Assembly: GCA_050084985.1 (NCBI GenBank)
Contig: JBITNC010000001.1
Location: forward strand, 158,038,001-158,102,000
Reading direction: 5' to 3'
Length of the DNA: 64,000 bases
DNA from: Nageia nagi
Taxonomy: Eukaryota > Plantae > Pinophyta
This document shows positions 1-12,149 of this stretch, piece by piece. Numbering within the stretch: the stretch's first letter is position 1; each line of letters starts with the position of its first letter. A model generated the notes under the pieces. It had not been told where the DNA came from and made no database searches. It saw only the letters and a list, made by a program, of their open reading frames with translations. The position numbers and the translations under genes were made by a program.

Positions 1-1802
1 CAATTTGGATTTTTGCTTTTTCCAACACAGTTCACATACGAGCTGATTTTTGTCATTTTGACAGTTTACGTGGTAACTTGTATTGTTTGTCTATTGCAGC
101 CGTGCCTGATTTGGCTTCTGTTTTGAAATATTCTTATCGTTTTACAGTTTCTGGTATGAAAACCTTTTATGTTAATTAGGATGGCATCTTCACATTAATT
201 ATGGGCCAAGGGAGGAACGAAACAGTAAAACAAAATATGACTCATAATCCCCTCACTAAGAGAATTTGCCCTTTATTTGCAATATTTCAGGATTAGTGGC
301 TTATATGTATTTGCCAATCCTTAAATATATAGTGTCACATACTAGTATATTGGTGGAAAGTTATGGCAAGGTTTTCATTCTCAGAATAGTACCAAGAACA
401 CCATGAACTGAAATGTGTACAAAGCTAATGTTTGAGCTGCAAAGCTGAAGGTAATGTTCACCCAAACCAAGATGATCTTCACTGAGGCTGCTGTTTATAG
501 GATGTGACAACTTGGACTTCTTGATAGGGCATCTCACATTTATGTTAAGGAGGATACATATCAATTCATGGCTTTGTGCATCTATGCAAATGGGCTCCTC
601 TAAATCTTATTAGCAGGTTTAATGAAGTTCCAAAAGGGATACGGGATTCCTAGTTATGAGTATTATTCTTTTTGTTAAGGACTTATCTCCTATACTTACA
701 GGGTACAGAAATGGCAGAATGTGAGTATGAAGAGGGGCATCTTCACTAGCGCTGTAAAAACAATAGAGATGTGGACAACATTTTTAGTGAAATAATAATC
801 ACTTCTCATAATTGGGTACTGTTTAGATGTACACATAGGGAATTTCTATTGAACATGCAAAAATCTGTGCAGAGTATGATGGTCAACAAACTAATTACAG
901 ATAAGCATTTGTGGACATTTAGTGCCATCCTTCAGTTCAGATTCGGGCTTAGTAGTTTTGGATTTCAATGTTTTTTTCTGCATCTAACCTCCTCTGACAG
1001 TAACAGTATAAGGTTCTAAAACCATTATTATAACAGCAGAAGAAAATGGAATTAACACTAGGCTTACATGTTGAGAGGGTTGTACATTGAGAGCCCACCA
1101 TAACCAGAAGGTAAATAACCTCAATACCAGCATGTATTACACTTTATGTTCAACCAATATAAGAAACACAAGACTGAAGCAAGGCTGTAAAGAAGGTAGG
1201 GTTCAATGGCTAGAAACATCAATACCTACATCATTTCCCATGGTTGTAAGTGTAACATGGTGTGCATAGTCTACGAGACAACATAATATCAATGCAAGGA
1301 GTATTGGTGTATTGCTTTTTGAGTACAATTCAAGAATAGAGTTACCTAAATATCAAGTACTTATAGTGGACAGAATTTTATTTGCAGAGAAAGTATAATA
1401 ATTTGCTTGTCTTTTCCCATAACAAGGGAGCATACAACATGTCATTAGCTTCAACATGAAGGTGGATTTTTTTCTGACTATTTTATAGTTTACAAGGTCC
1501 CATTTTTAATATCTAATGAAATTTGCTCCACAAGAAAGGAGTAAAACATCTGCTCAGACCTACTGGATATATTCTCTGAATTCTGTGACATAAGTCTCGT
1601 TTCCTTACATGGCAATTGGCAACAGATGTACTAAAATTTATGGATAGAAAATTGTTATTTAAGTACGTTTCTTTTGAATCGTTGAACAATTGATGTTTAG
1701 GCCTTTTCTTGTTTTCATATATTTTTCCATATTTAAGGGTATGTGCATGGATTGTTTTTGCAAATTGAACAGCTTACATTACAAGTGTCATAGTGAAAGA
1801 AG

Positions 1803-1950
1803 ATGGCTCTGAGAAAGTTTTTTGGATGGTCTAATGGAGAGGTAATGAGATCAGATGCAAAGCCCTGCTCAACCACGATGCAACAGACAGCTAGCATGTT
1901 CAGTGTTGGTGGAGCTCTAGCATTTTGGATTCTTTCTAGGACACATTATG
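1803..1950 (+). CDS. Coding exon 1 of a conserved small plant membrane protein (98 aa after splicing), function unknown
   Basis: ATG at 1803 reads MALRKFFGWSNGEVMRSDAKPCSTTMQQTASMFSVGGALAFWILSRTHY-G, then a canonical donor G|GTATGT at 1950/1951 (phase 1). A probable 5'UTR acceptor (ttgaacAG) ends at 1772. The peptide resembles a conserved uncharacterised land-plant protein (recalled motif MRSDAKPCS...HYGPR). Confidence 0.88.
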
Positions 1951-2079
1951 GTATGTCATGTCATTCCTTATTTATGTGTTTCCATGAGATTGTGTATCAA
2001 TGTGTTTTGGATGAAGGGCTTTATATTTCTAAGACTACATAGCCTTGTTCTTCCTTATCCATGAATATTGCCTGGATGG

Positions 2080-2918
2080 TGTGATGTTTCCAAATTATAC
2101 TTATTTCAAATTATTAGTTATTGAAGCAATAATTAAGGAAATAAGCAAGAACAAGAAATTAAGTCACAAAAATATTCAATGCAAAAGCCAAATAAATAAT
2201 GCCAACATATCAATATTGAACAATAATGGAGCAAGATACAACCAAAATGGCCCAAGGGGGCTGACATTTGGCTCAATAGACTGAATCTAGGGCGCAACAC
2301 TTTTCAAATGCTGACGTCACATTACTAGGGCCTTCAACCCTTGGATTTGAGATTCAAGTTTGGATTGACTAAAGGTTTTTGTCATTAGCCAATATCTAGT
2401 GAGGGCTACATCCCACTAGACCCTTCTCCATGCTAGGTTTCCGTCCAATGAGAGGCCCAAGAGATGGCGCTACCACTCCGAACATAGAAGATGTCAAATA
2501 AGCTCGAAGATACCTCCTTAATGTTGTGTCGTGCCAATATATAGGTGATGTCTCATTGTGGATGCCTAGATATTGCCTAGGGATCCACAAGGGTGTGGCG
2601 CCTCACTCCATGCCCAGGAATTAACCTTCGGATCATAATGACTCATGCACCTACCTCTAATCCATGCACCTACCTCTAATCCATGCACACACCTCCAATT
2701 ATGCATTGGGGTCTTGGGGTCCCCACCATCACACTTATATGCTAATTATGATCTAATCTAGCTCTAGGAGGGAGACGTCCCACATTGGGGCTCACAATTG
2801 GTCCATGGGACCCATAAGTCTCCTATCTAGAGGTTACAATCATGCCTACAATAGATAAAATGCTACTAACTACCAAATCACCCCTAAAAAGGAACAACTA
2901 GTAAAAGGGAACATCACA
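2080..2918 (-). repeat. 3' LTR of the 2080-10260 element
   Basis: Aligns with 9481-10260 and is bordered by the PPT. Carries a local tandem triplication (atccatgcacctacctcta, ~2645-2700) absent from the other LTR. Confidence 0.9.
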
Positions 2919-4507
2919 ATCTTCCCTTCCCGAATTGCTTTACCCCAAGCAATGTAAGATTGTTGTAGCCCAAAAATCCTTCAAGTTGGTGAAGTTTTTT
3001 CTTTAGTGTAACTTTGTCAACATCAAGATCCATATATGCTGTGAATAATTTTTGAAGTACCATCTTCATCATACCAGCTTCATCCTTCATGTCTTGCAAA
3101 TAAGAATATATGAAATCTGCTAACTCATGTCTGACTTTCATATAAGCATATATGAAATCTACTAACTCATATCTCCCATGCTTAGCTGTATGCATAACTG
3201 ATCATAAACTGAGAGAGCAAGGGATGTAGCAACTCTTCTTCCCTTCTCTATTTCAATCATTGTACAACCCACAAACCTCAAATATGTGCCAATGTTTGGC
3301 AAGAAGGTTGCCAACATTGGGTCTTCACCAATACCCCCTAGCAATGCCATCTCATCCCCAAAATATCCAACTGAGCTCTAACAACAGCCAATAGATCATT
3401 CTCAACAATGCTCATGGAACCCCATGCAGTTTCTCCTTCTTTTCCATACTATATTGTTGTCCTGCTCTCCTCCAACGTGGCCCATGAGGAATAGAAGAAG
3501 GCTCCCAAAGCTTTGCCAAGGAACTCCCAAACTGTCCCATACTCAACGACAACCAAGATCACTATGTGTAGCCATGATATCATCCAATGCAACCAACGAA
3601 TCTACTCCATCCTTGATGCCTTCAATCTTGCAGTGTGAACTCTTCCAAGTAATCTTGAAGAAGATCATTAATGCCCTTTTTGCAGCAATTGGCAAAGCAT
3701 GATTCTGTGTTGTCCTTGGAGCATTATCATCCTCCAATGTCACCCAAACAGCCTTCATTTCTCCGGCCATCAATGTAGTCCTCCACACATGCATGCTAGT
3801 ATCCAAACCGTCATTAAATGGGGCAAAAGCAAAGGTGTATCAGCAACAGTCCCCAAAGCCTCCATTAGATGTGGAAAAGCCTCAACATCCAAGCATGTGT
3901 CCCTTAGCCCACCAAATGTAGCCTTTGAGTGTTATGATATCCTCAATGCTACCGACCTTTTCCTAGGCTTCGCTATAAACCAAACTCAAAATACAATTAG
4001 GAATCGATACCATGCAAATCATACCTTCCACCAAGATCTTCATGATCATCTCCTACAACGTCCAAGTACACAAAAGGGTGGATGAAATGTGCCAAGGAAA
4101 AGATTGGCCATTCCCATCTCATCAAGCTACTCTCTACGCACTCCAACTCAAAACGTCCTCTAGATTAAATACATGGAGAAAGTGATATCACTTTTGAATT
4201 TTGGTTAATTCAGAGAGTACTCCTGACACAATTGATTAAGCTCAAGTGGAGATATCAAGCTCATATTGCTCTTCTGCCTTGGCAGAAACATGGGCTTGTT
4301 GGGATGTGGTAGAGGTGGAGGTGTCGTGACCATCTTTGTCATGTTCCTCTCAAAAAATCTCTTCATCATTGGTTCTCCAACTAGTGGATCTCTGGTAGAT
4401 CCCATCCTGAATAGTGAGTATTCCCCTTCGCCCACCATTCTAGCAGATCTAGACCTTTGAAATACTAGATCTCCTCGATCAAACCCTAAGCCTCTAGATC
4501 TATGCAA
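2914..4507 (-). pseudogene. Degraded cargo ORF of unknown function inside the LTR element
   Basis: Consecutive minus-strand ORF pieces (4205-4507, 3543-3806, 3162-3350, 2914-3195) with protein-like composition. It ends in LLGVKQFGKGRL across the PPT. No RT/RH/IN motifs. Confidence 0.5.
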
Positions 4508-5066
4508 AGATGCTTCTCACCTCTTGGTTCTTTTTTGCGAGTCTTATGTAGGGATGCTTCTTCTCCTCCTGGCTCCCTCTCATGAGTAGAAGTGGATCTC
4601 TATGTATGGGCCTTGGGGAGTCCTAGGGCTTCCTCCAACCCCTACGTCCCTCTCCTGTGCTTCCTTTCTAATATCCCCAAATTTATGATGTTTTTCCCAC
4701 TTCACCATTGGAAAGTGGGAACACTTAGTTAGGTTTATTTTTATTTAATTTTGGTATTTTGGTTGGTAATTTAGCCCTTTATTTGTGTAAGTTCTACTTG
4801 GATGTTTTATTTAATAAATAAACACTTCAATTATGAGATGTTGGGCATTTTAGAGCAATTAGGAGTAATTTATATTTTTAATATGCCAATAATTATGTAA
4901 TAAAATACCAAGGCAATTATTAATCATAAAAGGAAATATTAGTCATCTAATTTGGGAAGCCTTGATGGATGTAAATTGGCATTTAATAGGTTTTAGTTAT
5001 TATTTAGCTCCCTTTTTAGCTGTTTGAGGTAGAACAATATGATTCCTATGGAATAACACTTATTAC

Positions 5067-7903
5067 TAATGGAATTGAAGGATTCCATAAACCAACATCA
5101 CCTTAAAGCTTGTCCAACAAATCTAACATTGATCCTTTTAGCAAAGCAATAATCAATCATATAAAAAAATAACATATCATGTATAGTGGTTCCTCCATCT
5201 GTTGGGAGTACATCCACTTTGAATCATCATTCTATTACTTCTCATAAGATAACTCTCTTACAAATTCTCAAGAATTCTTCTACAAAACTCCTACAAGAGC
5301 ATTTTTACAAAATAAACATTACCATGCTTCATCAAGTTACATAATAAGAGAGGTATCTCTATTTATAAGAAGAAAGCCATCCTTTAACCTTCTTTTTACC
5401 CAAGGGTAAGGTTAAAGGTGTTTCTATATTTATTCATCTTTCTATATTTATTCTCTTAATGCTTTAAGGTATCTAAAAATACTTTAAGCATTAAGTGAAT
5501 TTACATTAAAGAGAAATATTACACAATATTACATTACAATTTCCAACACTCCCCCTTAATTCAATATTGGGTAAATAGTCAAAAAGACAAAGAGAAAGAG
5601 TAAGAGAGTTCTCCTCCATAGAGATACAAGTGGAAATGCGAATTTTTACATCTTTGAGAAAGTAATAGAATATAGATAGTTCTACAATGGCTTAACTACT
5701 TAACCATTTTAACAAATGGTTTTACAATACAATCATTAAAAAAATGGTTTCTTTGTACAAGTGTAGTCATTCAACAATATGTTGACATGCTGAGCCTCCA
5801 TGAGCTTGCATACTCGAAGTCACTTGCAACCTCAAGAAGAAACCTGCAAGCTATAAGCAACTCATAAACAAAATCAATTAGATACATCATATACACTCAT
5901 ATAAGATAGATGTCATCCATAAATTGATCAAATATACCAAGTGATCACATATGCACAACATCAAAGATAATATACATCATCAATTAAATATCACATGTGC
6001 ATACTAAACAAAATGTATCATCCATAACATGATATCAACAATTTCATATGTACAAAACATTATCAGATGCACAATCAATCAAGTGATATAAATGCATTCT
6101 CAACCAAGGATATAAAAAATATCATCAATCTTTATAAAAAAATTGATTTTGGATTTTTATGTTTGTTTGTTTTAGATCATTATTTTGTATTTTTTGAGGG
6201 TGTATGAAGCTATCATCACATCATAATGTTTCATAATTTAATTCTCTCCCTTGATGACAACTTCACCAAACAAATAATTATGTGATCATGTTATCTTAAC
6301 TATGTCGCAAACAATCAAATGCCATCTTGATTAAACCACTAAGTTAAGATTTTCAAAGGCATAACCATTTGACTAATTCAAGATTTATTAGCCACAAATG
6401 CCAACTTGAACAAACACAAAGCCAAGATTTACAAAACAAAGCATAAGCCACAAATGCTAACTTGACCAAATACAAAGTCGAGATTTACAAAACAAGCATA
6501 CGCCACATACATAAGTTCTTATCTATTTACAAACATATTGATTTGGAGGTTTAAGTTCTCCTTCAACAATACTGTAACATAAATGAAGAACAAACCACAA
6601 AATACCAAGATGCACAAGCCACAAAATGCTAACTTGACTATTCTACTAGTCAAGATGCAAATGATAGAATTTGGTAGCATTAATCCAACAATATGGATTC
6701 AAATTCTATCGAACAAATTGCAATTTTGAAGAAGGGCGAATCTTTTTAACCACTTCAACAATTTGCAAACAATTCATCGTCATGGATATAACTTTACAAT
6801 ATGGAAGTAAAAATATGGTAAATAGTGCACTATAAGTCATCACAAAGATGTCAAGCCAATATTTATCGTCACCAAAAATTTAAAATGTGCTTGGATTTGT
6901 GGTGCACTATAAGTCATCACGAAGATGCCAAGTCAATACTTATAGTCAACCAAAAATTTAAAACATGCTTGGATTTTATACTTGCTAATAAATTGCAATG
7001 TGACACAATCCATCAACATGGATAATCTTCCATCAACATAAAAGTAAAAAATGTGGTATCCATCTATAAACATGGATAAACTTTCCAAACATAGAAGTAA
7101 ACAATGTGACACCAATCCATAAAAAAGATAAACTTCCCAATTATGGAAGTATTATTTAAAAAAATGCTTGGATTTTATACTCCTTAAAAGTAACATCATC
7201 AATAATTGTTGCATATTACTAAGCTCTATAAATGTAGAGAGGAACATACACTTCCGAAAGATACTCATATACTTCATTTTTAAAACAAAGAATTTACATA
7301 TGCAAAAGCAATCAATATTGAATTATCTTCAGTAAGTCTTGTGGAGAAATTTTAAAAACTTTGCACTCCAACAAATATATTATCCAATGTGCACAAGAAA
7401 AGTTTTGAGGATTAATGCACAACAGTTCTAATGTTGAAGGATTCCATAAAACAAGATCACCTTGAAGCTTCTCCAACAAATCTAACATTTATCCTTCTAA
7501 CAAAGCAATAATCAATCACATAAAAAAATAACATTTCATGTATAATGGTTCCTCTATCTCTTGGGCATACATCCATTTTGCACCATCATTCTATTACTTC
7601 TCATAAAATAACTCTTACAAATTTTCAAGAATTCTTCTACAAAGCTTCTACAAGAGCATCTTTACAAAATAAACATTACCATGTTTTATCAAGTTACATA
7701 ATGAGAGGGGCACCTCTCTATTTATAAGAAACCCACCTTTAACCTTCCTTTTACCCAAGGGTAAGGTTAAAGGTATTTTTATATTTATTCCTCTTTTTAT
7801 ATTTATTTTCTTAATGCTTTAAGGTATCTAAAGATACTTTAAGCATTAAGTGAATTTACATTAAAGAGAAATACTGCACAATATTACATTAAAATTTCCA
7901 ACA
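5067..7903 (-). mobile_element. Nested non-coding (TRIM/LARD-like) copia-type LTR element
   Basis: ~480-bp direct repeats 5067-5548 and ~7429-7903, both ending TTCCAACA. TSD ATTAC (5062-5066 / 7904-7908). Copia-style PPT (plus strand CTCCCCCTT right after 5548). The ~1.9-kb interior has no recognisable ORF and short tandem duplications. PBS not intact. Confidence 0.8.
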
Positions 7904-9480
7904 ATTACGAGGCACTGGAAGACTCCCACACTTGGACGTTGGGCATAAGAAAAGGATTGGGCCATTCGATTAGCAAATTGGGCATCCCGAGACACCCGTG
8001 TCTCCTTTGGAGGCTCTTAGCATGATGGCGTGGATACCTAGGCACATGGAAGTCCCCCATAACCCAATGTTGGCATTCTAGGCCCTTGGATGTGATAACA
8101 CCCATCTCAAGGCACCTCATCTTGGGTGTTGGATATGAGAGCTGATGGATCACCCATGGATATCATTGGATGAGATTACATAAATTTCAATGCTAGATTA
8201 ATGATGAAGCTACTTCTCACTATAAAAGGAGGATTCTTGGAAGACAATAGCATTATGTTATGATTATGATTTCTTCTTCTCGGCTTGGGCATTGCTTTTC
8301 CTTGATTGCATTCTTCAAAGTGAGGTACCTGTTGCAGGGCACAAAATAGGACTTACATGGGTGCACACTTTGAGGGTTAGTGCACCTCAAGGTTGTAGGC
8401 TAGCTATTCTTACCCTTGGATTAGTAGAATACTGCTAGCGGATCTCTGAGATTCCACCACAGCTACAAGAGGAGGAAGCCTTGGTGCAAACTTGGCCACA
8501 ATGAGGATCTGAGCTTTGGAGTATCAGTATTTGTTGCAAAATTAGTGTAATTGAGATCTCCATTTCTATATCAATTGCAATTACATTATTGGCTCAGTAC
8601 ATTACTATTTGGCATGCTCTTTTACTACGTTTGGCTCTCTATTCCTAGATGTTATATCTATGGCATAATTTGTTTATTTTGTGAGTGTTTGGCATAACTA
8701 CTCTAGACGTTGGCATTGTGGGTGAATTTGGGTGTTTACATGCGATATTATTGTTCTCCTGATTGGATGTTGGATCTAGAGTGCATTATTATGTTTATTG
8801 CATGGGATTTGGCTTTCCAAAATGCTACATTGGATGTGAATGAGCTTTGACTTGTTATTGTTCGAGATCATGCCTCCATTGCCAGGTGGTGGGGTTGTTT
8901 GAGCTATTTGTACTCCTAGAAGTGTGACGTAAGCATGCTTGCATGATATCTTGTTAATTGCTTAGTTTGTGGTGTGTTTGGCCTCCTTGGTGTGATGTTG
9001 GCTCCTGGGGAGCATTTTGTTCCAAACCTTCCATTTAGAGTGTGATGTCCCTCCTCTAGGGATCTTTTGGCAATATTTAATTATTGTTTTGATCTTGGAA
9101 TTTGAGGATTTGTGTAGAATCTGAGTGAGCCCTAGTTTGGCTCATCACATCCTTCATGCCTGCATGCTCATTTTGCTACTGCATATTGCTCCGTAATTGT
9201 CTTCATCATGTTTAACAAGACATCAAATCTCTATGCAGTTGGATCCTTATGTGGATTCGCCCTTTCCTCATGCACCTTTTCCTCCTCTTCATGCGCATGC
9301 TTCGACTCATTTATTCAGCTCTGCCGGATTGAATCTCCATTTTGCCTCCCTACGCCCTCCTTGGATCTAGTTTGAGTTGCCATGGGAGACTTCTTCCCTT
9401 TTGGCCTTTGGTAAACCTTCTCAGCTGACTGCATTCGACACTTCTCCCACAAGCTGGCCAAATTATAGCTTTGATACCAC

Positions 9481-10260
9481 TGTGATGTTCCCAAATTATT
9501 AGTGAATAAAGCAATAATTCAGGAAATGAGCAAGAACAAGAAATTATGCCACAAAAATATCCAACACACAAGCTAAAATGGAGAAATAATGCCAACGTCT
9601 TAGTGTTGAACAGTAATGGAGCAAGATACAACCAAAATGGCCTAAGGGGGCTGATGTCTAGCTCAATGGACCAAATGTAGGGCACAACACTCTCCAAGTG
9701 CTGACGTCACAATGCTAGGGTTTTCAACCCCTAGATCTGAGATGCAGGTTTGGATCGACTAAGGGTTTTCATCCTTAGCCAAGATCTAGTGAGGGCTCCA
9801 TCCAACTAAACCCTTCACCATGCTGGGTTTCCATACAACGAGAGGCCCAAGGGATGGCGTTGCCACTTCGAAGATAGAAGATCTCAAATAGCTTGAAGAT
9901 ACCTCCTCAATGCCACGACATGCTAATATATAGGTGATGTCTCATTGTGGACACCTAGATATTGCCTAGGGATCCACAAGGATGTGGCGCCTCACTCCAT
10001 GCCCATGAATTAACGTTGGGATCCTAATGACTCATGTGCACACCTCTAATTATGCATTGGGATCCCCACAATCACATTTAAATGCTAATTATGATCTAAT
10101 CTAGCTCTAAGAGGGAGATTTACCACATTGGGGTTCACGATTGGTCCATGGGACCCATAAGTCTCCTATCCAAAGGTTACAATCATGCCTACAATAGATA
10201 AAATGCTACTAACTACCAAATCACCCCTAAAAATGAACAACTAGTAAAAAAAAAATCACA
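9481..10260 (-). repeat. 5' LTR of the 2080-10260 element
   Basis: Aligns with 2080-2918 and is bordered by the PBS. Confidence 0.9.
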
Positions 10261-11079
10261 GATGGTACTGCAGTTATCCTTGAGAATGTTTATCATAAAG
10301 CTTGTTAATCCTTTTACAAATTGTTGACTACTTCTAAGCTTCATATCTTAATTAGAAGTTCTCTTGTATTGTATAAGCTCTTTTGGAACATAGTTCAGGT
10401 AATTTTCGACTTGTAAGCATTTATTACCCCTTCCATCTTCATATCAAATCCTTTATCCTTGACTTAGTGCATTGGCATTTGAAATTCAGCTATAGGATGT
10501 TTTTGCTTTATTTATATAGTTTTGCGTCTAGTCAATCTAGTACCTTTTTATGAAGCCTGGCTCTGCAAATATTATTAATGATTGGTTTGCAAATATCCTC
10601 AACTGTAGCTTGGCCTTTGTCCATGACCTCATAGATCATATTTCTATACAGAATATTTTTTATTAAACTGTTGAGGATACTTGACTTCTTCATTTAAAGT
10701 GATTTTCATACAGAATATTTTTGATTAAACTGTTGCTCAAACAAGAAAAGAGTTCCCAACTTGACCATCGGTACAAATTCTTTTGACTAGAAAGTTAGAA
10801 TTAAATGAACTCTCTCTAAAATAACATGATCACCATTTTTTTAAATAAATATTGAAATTTAACTAACCTTCCTCTACTCACTTTTCATTATTATTTCTTT
10901 TGCTTCAATTGGTTTCAAATCTTCAATGCGAACATATAAGTATGAAACAACTTAGCAATATTAGTTTTGCAAACAGAGTTATCTGAACACTTGTAGGTTG
11001 TCTTGAAACAACCGACCACTTAGCCTTACAATCTTTATCACCTCTTATTAGGGAAGTTAGGAGACAAGTGGGTGTGAAG

Positions 11080-11849
11080 GAAGGTTACATGGGCATGTGC
11101 CACTCCCCCCTAAAACACCCATACCCATCCGGAGGAGTATCGGAAACTTTGGAATGTCAAGGAGGAAATTTTGGTACCATCTACTAATTTCAAATAATCA
11201 AAAAAATCACCCTAGAGACATCAAGGGGACGTCTAGGATGTCCCCAGGATGGCTATGATGTCCCTCGATCGTCTCGAGGATGCCTTGCCATTCCAGATAG
11301 AAAAGGAGGCCAGCCTCACTAAAAAAGAAAAAAAAGGGGTGGTAGGGCCTTGATCCTAAAAGTTACTCAACCCTAAAAAGTGCATGCAAACTTGAAACAT
11401 AAGTCACTCAGCATCTGATGATGCATTGGATTGAATGGTGGTTCACTAGTTCATGTTTCAATTGTTGTTGTTATTGTATTTTATTATTTACAGTAATGTT
11501 TTTTATACAGTATGATGTATACTGTATATGTATATTATTATATTGTAGTTTGACGACTCAATTTTGTTACTGTTAAAGACTCCAAATTGTTATACAGGGA
11601 TATTATGGTTTATAGTTATACAGTACTGTTATAATTCTAAATGATCATGATGTTTTGTTTTGAATCATTGCTGCTGTTAGAACGGATTGTTATACAGTTG
11701 ATTGTTTCTGTTAAAATAGTTTCAGATTTGAGAAAATAGTCTATTTTTTATATTTTAAATTTTTTTACATATATTTATATATACCATCCTAGACACTTTT
11801 CCTAAAATCGACCTAACGTCCCTCATCCCAGAAACTCCATGTAACCTTG
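11080..11849. mobile_element. Non-autonomous hAT element (MITE)
   Basis: TIR AAGGTTACATGG (11081-11092) / CCATGTAACCTT (11837-11848). 8-bp TSD GTGTGAAG (11072-11079 / 11850-11857). No ORF. Confidence 0.88.
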
Positions 11850-12149
11850 GTGTGAAGGCACTCACTTTGAGGTTACAAGTTCAATTCCCACCCGTTACAT
11901 GTTGATGATATTTAAGAAACTGTAACAGCACTAAGTTCCTCAAATTGGTATATGTATGCATGTGAGGATGTCAAACCATTGGACATTTGGGAAGCTGAAC
12001 TGTTCAATGCCCTACTGAACCTCCACACAACTTGGAGGATTGTCTATCTGTTGAAAACACAAAGACAGGTTGAACATCTTAATGATCAATTCTTTATGGA
12101 CAATATATAAATATGTATACTATTAATTTGTATGCTTAACATTTTCTAG

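Larger units (their letters stand above)
2080..10260 (-). mobile_element. Non-autonomous Ty3/gypsy-type LTR retrotransposon (no pol), antisense to host gene
   Basis: Direct repeats 2080-2918 and 9481-10260, both TGTGATG...ATCACA. Perfect 5-bp TSD GATGG (2075-2079 / 10261-10265). tRNA-iMet PBS (minus strand TGGTATCAAAGCT, ending at 9479). PPT (minus strand GGGAAGGGAAGAT) adjacent to 2918. Confidence 0.92.

Noticed and set aside
1-1772. Short ORFs and candidate 5'UTR mini-exons upstream of exon 1
   Set aside because: The sequence is intron-like, with several possible AG/GT sites and no way to choose among them without transcripts. The ORFs have no recognisable features.
1803-2042. 79-aa single-exon ORF from the ORF track
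   Set aside because: Residues after HYG are intron read-through. A strong donor at 1951 and the matching exon at 28687 give the better model.
10647-10736. 28-bp direct repeat (atacagaatatttt.tattaaactgttg) as a TSD
   Set aside because: Only ~34 bp lie between the copies, with no TE hallmarks. It is more likely a local repair duplication.
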